Part shown: one piece after another, positions 57,888 to 64,000 of the stretch | Layout: each line of letters opens with the position of its first letter | Position numbering within the stretch: the first letter of the stretch is position 1 | DNA from: Thermoguttaceae bacterium | Lineage (GTDB): Bacteria > Planctomycetota > Planctomycetia > Pirellulales > Thermoguttaceae | Reading direction: 5' to 3' | Length of the DNA stretch: 64,000 nucleotides | NCBI GenBank assembly: GCA_963677085.2 | Contig: CAXXFH010000006.1 | Coordinates: 43,862-107,861, forward strand | Made by a program: the position numbers and the translations under genes | The notes under the pieces: model-generated | Told to the model about the DNA's origin: nothing | What the model saw: the letters and a program-made list of their open reading frames with translations, nothing else | The model's database searches: none

Positions 57888-59357
57888 TTGGTGCTGATCA
57901 CAGGCAGACAATTGCCCGTGCCGCCCGTCGCCCCCGTAACGCGCTTTAAGCACGGACTCGCTTTGTCTGTACCGCTCACCGAGACGCCCGGCATCTTTCG
58001 GCCTATGTTGCGATTGGCGCTGCCGGTCTTGGCCGAGCAGGCTTTGGGGATTCTGGTTTGGTTTTCCGATCGGGTGCTGACCGGCCATTATCTGGAAACC
58101 GCGCATCAGGCCGCCGTTACTTTGATGGCCTACCTGATGTGGCTGGTCGTAGGGATGTTTGCCGTAGTGGGGATCGGTGCCACGGCCATGGTTGCTCGAT
58201 TCGTCGGTGCACACGACCGGCGGCTTGCCCGGCGCGTAACCAATCAGGCCGTCACCGTGGGGGCCGGTTTGGCGATCGCCGTGACGCTGATGGCTTGGGC
58301 CGAAGGCGATCAGTTGATCCGCTGGCTTCAGCTCCGTGGCGAATCGGCTCGACTGGCCGGGATCTACCTGAACTACATGTTGCCGATCATTCCCATGATT
58401 ATGCTCAGCAGCGTGGGCATTGCCTGTTTGCGCGGGGCCGGCGACATGGTGGCCGGCTTGTGGGTGATGTCGATCGTCAATGTGGTCAACGTCCTGGTTA
58501 GTTGGGTCCTGGTGCTCGGGGTCGGACCGTTTCCGTGCATGGGGTGGAGCGGAATTGCGGCGGGAACCATGGTGGGGCATGGCGTGGGCGGACTGCTCGT
58601 GTTGGGGCTGTTGGTCCGCGGACGCTCCGGGTTGCGGTTGCGTTGGCGGTGGATGCGGCCCGACGGGGTGCTGATTCGGCGACTGTTGCGGATTGGGATA
58701 CCGGGCGGGGCCGATATGTTGTCGATGATCGGTTGCCACCTGTGGTTTGTTTCGGTGATCGCGCGCTTGGGGGATGTGGCCACCGCGGCCCACGGCGTGG
58801 CGCTGTGTGTCGAGTCGTTGGGATTCCTTCCGGGCGCTGCATTTCAGGCGGCAGCTACCACGATGACCGGCCAGTACCTGGGTGCTCGGGATTATCATCG
58901 CGCCAATCGCAGTGTTGTGCTGGCCTGTTTGGTCGGCATCGGGTTGATGGGATCGGTGGGCGTGTTGATGTTTACGCTGGCCGAGCCGTTGGCGCGGCTA
59001 TTTGTGCGGGCGGAGCAGATCGACGTTGCCCGGCAAGCGGTCCCGTTGCTGCGCACGGTTTCGATTGCCCAACCGGCGCTGGCCATGGTGTTGATTATCA
59101 CGGGCGCGTTGCGCGGTGCGGGCGATACGCGTTGGCCGCTGATCTTTTCGCTGGTAGGGCTACTGGGAGTACGGATTCCCGGGGCCTACTGGTTGGCTCT
59201 GCCTGAGATCTATATTCCCGTGTTAGGAATCACGATCACCGGCTGGGGCCTGGGCGTGGTGGGCGCCTGGTACGCGATGGCCGTCGACCTTCATGTGCGC
59301 GCGGCCCTGGTGGTTTATCGGTTTTCGCACGGCGGCTGGCGGCGAATCGAAGTTTAG
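57888..59357 (+). CDS. MATE-family efflux transporter
   Basis: LRLALPVLAEQALGILVWFSDRVLTGH, 12 TM helices and the duplicated MATE pattern (RGAGDMV / RGAGDTRWP). The start is uncertain (TTG 57888 to ATG 58005). Confidence 0.85.
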   Translation: MVLITGRQLPVPPVAPVTRFKHGLALSVPLTETPGIFRPMLRLALPVLAEQALGILVWFSDRVLTGHYLETAHQAAVTLMAYLMWLVVGMFAVVGIGATAMVARFVGAHDRRLARRVTNQAVTVGAGLAIAVTLMAWAEGDQLIRWLQLRGESARLAGIYLNYMLPIIPMIMLSSVGIACLRGAGDMVAGLWVMSIVNVVNVLVSWVLVLGVGPFPCMGWSGIAAGTMVGHGVGGLLVLGLLVRGRSGLRLRWRWMRPDGVLIRRLLRIGIPGGADMLSMIGCHLWFVSVIARLGDVATAAHGVALCVESLGFLPGAAFQAAATTMTGQYLGARDYHRANRSVVLACLVGIGLMGSVGVLMFTLAEPLARLFVRAEQIDVARQAVPLLRTVSIAQPALAMVLIITGALRGAGDTRWPLIFSLVGLLGVRIPGAYWLALPEIYIPVLGITITGWGLGVVGAWYAMAVDLHVRAALVVYRFSHGGWRRIEV

Positions 59358-59386
59358 TTTGGCTTTGGGATGACGGGAGCCCATTC

Positions 59387-59492
59387 TTTTCGACAGGATA
59401 ACGGGATGTTCAGGATAGAGGGTACTGACTCAAGACATCAAACAGAGACATCCCGTCGATCCTGTTTATCCTGTCAAAAAAGGAAGCCGGGG
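59387..59492. repeat. Repeat family I, complete inverted-repeat unit
   Basis: ttttcgacaggataacgggatg ... catcccgtcgatcctgtttatcctgtcaaaaaagg. Confidence 0.65.
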
Positions 59493-59519
59493 TTGATGGG
59501 GCTCGCTTTCGCTCAACCC
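59483..59519 (+). repeat. 37-bp direct repeat (family J), left copy
   Basis: gaagccggggttgatggggctcgctttcgctcaaccc. It is identical except for 1 nt to 60134-60170. Confidence 0.8.
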
Positions 59520-59531
59520 GCGTTCATATAC

Positions 59532-59942
59532 TCACGAGTTGTCGATACACACGGCCGTCACGGCATCATCATGATACGTTATATGTACATAAACGTGGTC
59601 GCACTCATCTACGGGCAGTGTGCTAGTAAAGCGTAACAGGAATCCTTCGCTGTATTCATGCGGCGAGCGACGACGGTTTCCAATCTCGCGAGCGCCAACG
59701 CCCTCTAGATACGCCCGCACCTCGGTTCGGCTCATGCCCGGTGGCAGCTTGGCTAGAAAATGGTCGCGGTAGTAGTAGGGCGGCCGTGCGAAGAAAGGCG
59801 GCGTTTCCGACAGGCCGATTCGCTGGTTGAAGGCCCTCATCTCTGCATTCAACGTCAGCCGTCGCCATACAACATCGGCGCAGACAAGCACGACGATCAC
59901 CAGTAGGAAAAGCAATACGCCTCGACGGATTCGATCAAACAT
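59532..59942 (-). CDS. Hypothetical membrane-anchored small protein
   Basis: N-terminal TM segment (GVLLFLLVIVVLVCADVVW). Lower GC. Bracketed by the family-J direct repeats. Confidence 0.45.
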   Translation of the reverse strand: MFDRIRRGVLLFLLVIVVLVCADVVWRRLTLNAEMRAFNQRIGLSETPPFFARPPYYYRDHFLAKLPPGMSRTEVRAYLEGVGAREIGNRRRSPHEYSEGFLLRFTSTLPVDECDHVYVHITYHDDAVTAVCIDNS

Positions 59943-60133
59943 GCAATCACTCCCACGTGTCGTGGTTGCGGCAAGGCCGAGTAATCATTCTTTCCACCTT
60001 CACACGTTTGTGCGGCACGCGGCGCGAAGGGGCGAAGAAATCGTGAACGCCCTATCCTTTGCGCCTTCGCGCCTTGGCGAGAACATCCCCCGAAGATCGG
60101 AAACCGCGGAAACGACGACCATGTGCGAACCGA

Positions 60134-60170
60134 GAAGCCGGGGTTGATGGGGCTCGCTTTCGCTCGACCC
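60134..60170 (+). repeat. 37-bp direct repeat (family J), right copy
   Basis: gaagccggggttgatggggctcgctttcgctcgaccc. Confidence 0.8.
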
Positions 60171-60205
60171 ATCCTACTTACTACTTGCTTGCTCGCGACG
60201 GTCTC

Positions 60206-60889
60206 TCACCATCGCTTCTGCACGAGATTGTAATCCTCGGCGCGATGGCGGATGATTTTGCCGTCGGCCATGTAGACGACGTCTTCGGCGATGCTGGTGG
60301 CCAGATCGGCGATGCGCTCGATGTGGCGCGAAATTCCCAGCAGGTGCAGCAGGGCTTCGAGGCTCTCAGGCCGGCGGCGGATCTCTTCCTTCACTTGGTC
60401 GTAGATCTGGCTGTTGATCGCGTCGACCTCGTCGTCGTCGTTGCAAACCTCTCGGGCGAGCGTGGTGTCGACGTTGACCAAAGCGTCGATCGATCGGGTA
60501 AGCATCGATTGGGCCTTGACCGCCATGCCGGGGAAATCGAAGAGAATCTCGGGCTGGTCTTGGCGGGCGAGGAAGGCTGCCCGTTCGGCGATGTTCACCG
60601 CCAAATCGCCGATGCGTTCCAGTGCGGCATCGATCTTCAACACGGCCACAATCATCCGCAGATCGACGGCCACCGGTTGATGTAAGGCGAGCGCCTTGAG
60701 GCATTCTTCTTCGACGTCGACTTCCATCTGATCGACGGCTAAATCGCCCCCGATCACCTGCTCGGCAAGTCGGGCATCGCGCGTTTCCACGGCTTTGACT
60801 GCCAAGCGAACGCGGTCTTCAACCAGGGCGCTCAGGGAGAGCGTCTTCTTTTTGATGTTTTCGATCGACTGTGTCAGATGGGCAGACAT
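60206..60889 (-). CDS. phoU: Phosphate signalling complex protein PhoU
   Basis: Two PhoU repeats with the D...E..D / IERIGDxA pattern (LERIGDLAVNIAERA; IERIADLATSIAEDV). Confidence 0.9.
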   Translation of the reverse strand: MSAHLTQSIENIKKKTLSLSALVEDRVRLAVKAVETRDARLAEQVIGGDLAVDQMEVDVEEECLKALALHQPVAVDLRMIVAVLKIDAALERIGDLAVNIAERAAFLARQDQPEILFDFPGMAVKAQSMLTRSIDALVNVDTTLAREVCNDDDEVDAINSQIYDQVKEEIRRRPESLEALLHLLGISRHIERIADLATSIAEDVVYMADGKIIRHRAEDYNLVQKRW

Positions 60890-61214
60890 GGCCCAGGTCT
60901 CCGTGCCCGAGCAACGGGAGCGACTTCTTGGTAAGGGTGCGGCGCAGGCCGCGATATGCCATTAATCTCCAGGATTGAGGAAATCTCCTCAAAGCAAGCG
61001 ACCAACGGGAGCGGTTTCTGGCCTGGGTGCGGTGGCACCAATTGGTTGCGGTCCTACCGTGCTATGCTGAAGCATAGCCTACGTGATGCGTTACTGGTTT
61101 GTGTGAGCGATTGGTTAGCACACGGCACGCCACGTTCGACAAAACGCCATCCCTATTATCCTTCAGTTGATGGCCGTGTCCAGGGCAGTGGCGATCTGGC
61201 AAAAATGTCGGTAA

Positions 61215-63002
61215 TCAGTCGTCGGATGCCGGCAGATGGATGCAGAAGGTACTTCCCTTACCCAGGGTGCTTTCGACGGAGACTCGGCCGTTGTGGGCGT
61301 GGGCGATGTGTTTGACGATCGCCAGTCCCAGCCCGGTCCCGCCCAAGGTGCGGCTGCGGGCCTTGTCGACGCGGTAAAAACGCTCGAACAACCGGGGCAG
61401 GTGGATGGGGGCAATGCCACAGCCGCGGTCGTGGACGCGGATCAATACCTCGTTTTCGCTTCGCGCGCCCTCGACATACACGGTTTGCCCTTCCTCGCTG
61501 TACTTGATAGCATTGTCGATCAGGTTGACCACGGCCTGTTCCAGCAGCGTGGGATTAACGAGGGCCATCAGATCGTTCGGGCAGTCTAGTTCCAAGCGGA
61601 TATTGCGTTCGCCGGCTTTCATCTGACAAAGATCAACCGCCGCGTCGAGCACTTCTCGGATACCGCTGTCGTGTAAGGCAATGTCGTTCCGTTCGGCTTC
61701 CTGTTCAATGCGAGAAAGGTCGAGCAGGTCGTCGATAATCGCGTTAAGACGATCGGTTTGGCCTTCGACGATCTTCAAGAAACGCTCTGTATCGGTTGGG
61801 TTGTTCATGGCTCCGTCGAGCAGGGTTTCGACAAAACCCTTGATCGACGTGACGGGGGTTTTCAACTCGTGCGACACGTTGGCCACGAAGTCGCGGCGAA
61901 CGTTCTCCAGACGGCGCAGTCGCGTGACATCGTGCAACACGACGAGAACGCCCACGGTGTCGGTGTCGTCCGAGGCCGGCTTCAGGATGGTGCCGTGGGC
62001 CTGAAGACGACGTTCGTCTTCCTGGTTCAGCACGATCAGTTCTTGTTCTCGGGGGTGCCGGCTGGAAAGCACCTCGGCCACCAACGCCTGTAGTTGGGGA
62101 AGGCGAATCGCCTCGGGTAGCGTGCGCCCCAGGGCCGAATGGGCGTCGACCGGCAACAGCTGGGCGGCGGCCGCGTTGAGGCTGATAACGCGTTGCTGTC
62201 CGTCGACTGCCAACACACCTTCGACCATGCTGGAGAGGATGGCTTCGCGCTCGTTGCGTTGGGTTTCCATAGTGCGGATTCGTTCGGCCAATTGCTGAGC
62301 CATCTGGTTGAGGACTTCGGCCAGAGTGTCGACTTCCTCGGTTTCTGCGCTGGGCAGATGGTGGTCGAGTTCACCTTGAGCAAGGCGAGCGGCGCCCTGT
62401 TTGAGTTGTTCCAACGGCCGGCTGATTCGCCGGGTAATCCAAAGGCTCAACAACGAAAGGACCACGGCCACGGCGACCACGGCCAAGAAGTTTCGCCAAA
62501 GAGCGTCCTGCAACGACTGTTCGATCGACGAAACCGTCACCGAAGTACGCACCACTCCCAGCGGTTCGTCGTCTTGCGAAATGCGACGGGTCACGTACAG
62601 CAAGTTCTGCTTCAGCGTATGGCTGTAACGCATCTGCATGCCTCGGCCGTTGGCCAACGCGGTACGGATTTCCGGGCGGTCGGCGTGGTTGTCCATGCGG
62701 GCGGGCGTCTCGTGGCTGTCGCCGACCACCTTGCCGCCGGGAAGAATCACAGTGATCCGCGCCGCCGTCTTGTCACCCAAATGGCGGCAAAGACGTTGCA
62801 GTTCCTCGAAGTCGCGTGCCTTTAGCGACGTATCGACAATGTCTTCGACCAAAGCCGTTTGCACGGAGAGATCGTCGATCAACTGCTCCAGATACGATTG
62901 CCGAAGCATATGGGCGACGTACCAGGTGAAGACCGCCAGCGAAAGCAGGGTGACGATCAACAACGGAGGATAAATCTGCCAGAAAAGTCGTTTGCGCCGC
63001 AT
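61215..63002 (-). CDS. phoR: Sensor histidine kinase (TM-sensor-HAMP-PAS-HisKA-HATPase), PhoR-like
   Basis: H-box FVANVSHELKTPVTSIKGF, N-box LIDNAIKYS, G-boxes DRGCGI and GGTGLGLAIVKH. It is adjacent to phoB and phoU. The start was moved to ATG 63002. Confidence 0.7.
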   Translation of the reverse strand: MRRKRLFWQIYPPLLIVTLLSLAVFTWYVAHMLRQSYLEQLIDDLSVQTALVEDIVDTSLKARDFEELQRLCRHLGDKTAARITVILPGGKVVGDSHETPARMDNHADRPEIRTALANGRGMQMRYSHTLKQNLLYVTRRISQDDEPLGVVRTSVTVSSIEQSLQDALWRNFLAVVAVAVVLSLLSLWITRRISRPLEQLKQGAARLAQGELDHHLPSAETEEVDTLAEVLNQMAQQLAERIRTMETQRNEREAILSSMVEGVLAVDGQQRVISLNAAAAQLLPVDAHSALGRTLPEAIRLPQLQALVAEVLSSRHPREQELIVLNQEDERRLQAHGTILKPASDDTDTVGVLVVLHDVTRLRRLENVRRDFVANVSHELKTPVTSIKGFVETLLDGAMNNPTDTERFLKIVEGQTDRLNAIIDDLLDLSRIEQEAERNDIALHDSGIREVLDAAVDLCQMKAGERNIRLELDCPNDLMALVNPTLLEQAVVNLIDNAIKYSEEGQTVYVEGARSENEVLIRVHDRGCGIAPIHLPRLFERFYRVDKARSRTLGGTGLGLAIVKHIAHAHNGRVSVESTLGKGSTFCIHLPASDD

Positions 63003-63138
63003 GGAAGTTAATCTAGTGAGTAGTGAATAATGGGTAGTGGGTGATGAATAACGGCCCACCCGCGTCAAAGCCCACCGGTTGCAGCCGGTGGGATAATTAT
63101 ACGTTTTCTTTAGCCAGGACCACTCTGGTCATACACGC

Positions 63139-63825
63139 TCATTCCTTGAAGCGATAGCCGACACCGCGAATGGTTTCGATATATTGCCCGGCCGTTCCCA
63201 GTTTGCGGCGCAGGCCGACGATTTGTACGTCGATCGCACGATCGGTCACGATGTATTCGTCGCCGTGGACTGCATTGGCGATTTGGTACCGGGTGAAGAC
63301 CCAGCCCGGCCTGCGCATCAGGGTTTGCAGCACGCGAAATTCGGTCGCCGTAAGACGGATCGGTTCGTCGTCGACCAGCACTTCATAACGGCCCGGGTGG
63401 AGGATCAAATTGTGCATACGCAGCACAGATTCCTCATCGTCCGACTCGTTGCTATCTCGTCGCAGGACTGCCCGAACCCGCGCCACAAGCACCCGGGGAC
63501 TGAACGGTTTGGTGATGTAGTCGTCGGCTCCCATTTCCAAGCCGGTGACGATATCGGCCTCTTCGCCTTTGGCCGTGAGCATCACAACACGAATCCGTCG
63601 GGTGGCCGGGTCGCGCTTCAGTTGGCGACACACCTCCAGCCCATTGATGCCGGGCAACATCAGGTCGAGCAGAGTCAGGTCGGGCAACGTCGAGGCGGCC
63701 TGTCTTAGCGCGTCTTCGCCGGTGATGGCACACTGGGTGCGAAATCCTTCCTTTTGAAGGTTGTAGGCGACGAGTTCGCGGATTTCGCTTTCGTCTTCGA
63801 CAATCAGGATGAGTTCACGTGCCAT
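63139..63825 (-). CDS. phoB: OmpR/PhoB-family response regulator
   Basis: MARELILIVEDE...VVMLTAKGEEADIVTGLEMGADDYITKPFSPRVLVARVRAVLRR closely parallels E. coli PhoB as recalled. There is a winged-helix C-terminus (IETIRGVGYRF). The start was moved to ATG 63825. Confidence 0.8.
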   Translation of the reverse strand: MARELILIVEDESEIRELVAYNLQKEGFRTQCAITGEDALRQAASTLPDLTLLDLMLPGINGLEVCRQLKRDPATRRIRVVMLTAKGEEADIVTGLEMGADDYITKPFSPRVLVARVRAVLRRDSNESDDEESVLRMHNLILHPGRYEVLVDDEPIRLTATEFRVLQTLMRRPGWVFTRYQIANAVHGDEYIVTDRAIDVQIVGLRRKLGTAGQYIETIRGVGYRFKE

Positions 63826-64000
63826 AAAATCGACCAAGAGGGGGGATACACACGGGCGACGACCGACTGTAGTGTAGCACGCTACCCCCCCGACACCAAG
63901 CCGGTTTTTCCGTTTCGGCACCGCAGTTGCGGAACTCAGAGGCCGGGAAATGCGTCTATAAGAAGCCGCCGTGGTGACAAGTTGTTCAACAGAGTGCTCG

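Overview
This is a high-GC bacterial chromosomal window that reads like a Planctomycetota (Pirellulales-like) genome. The taxon call is an inference from four things: a DUF1559 prepilin-type protein, sulfatase and BNR-sialidase genes, a divergent short DnaA, and very dense families of intergenic hairpin repeats.

The conserved backbone includes the replication-origin neighbourhood (cysteine desulfurase, dnaA, dnaN, DUF721/DciA-like, gyrB) and scpB with an extreme acidic tail. It also holds a lutABC lactate-utilisation operon, a BtuF/FecCDE-type ABC importer and a carbohydrate locus (BNR sialidase-like, GntR regulator, URO-D-family protein, MFS sugar porter, large malectin-domain hydrolase). 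Further along are a CusBA-type heavy-metal RND pump, an FMN riboswitch with ribB, an arylsulfatase, a MATE exporter and phoU-phoR-phoB. Near the left end are a glycosyltransferase plus B12-radical-SAM pair (HpnI/HpnJ-like) and a PHP-GT4 fusion.

The most interesting candidate system is at 5.8-10.4 kb. It comprises a membrane-anchored FGE/SUMF1-domain protein that appears to lack the canonical catalytic Cys pair, translationally coupled (ATGA) to a zinc-ribbon small GTPase-like protein, followed by a 503-aa protein whose N-terminus resembles GTPase-associated protein (GAP1-N) domains.

Other accessory signals:
- a low-GC IS256-associated islet with a three-gene operon (HEAT, double zinc ribbon, unknown) at 51.9-55.2 kb
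- a low-GC GxxExxY gene bracketed by inverted repeat arms inside the lut operon
- a small low-GC ORF flanked by 37-bp direct repeats
- a MITE-like element with 31-bp perfect terminal inverted repeats
- a possible terminator-ended ncRNA upstream of the MATE gene

No rRNA, tRNA or CRISPR array was recognised. All coordinates were derived by eye. Repeat boundaries are approximate (a few nt), and several start codons were re-chosen by hand from the ORF track.
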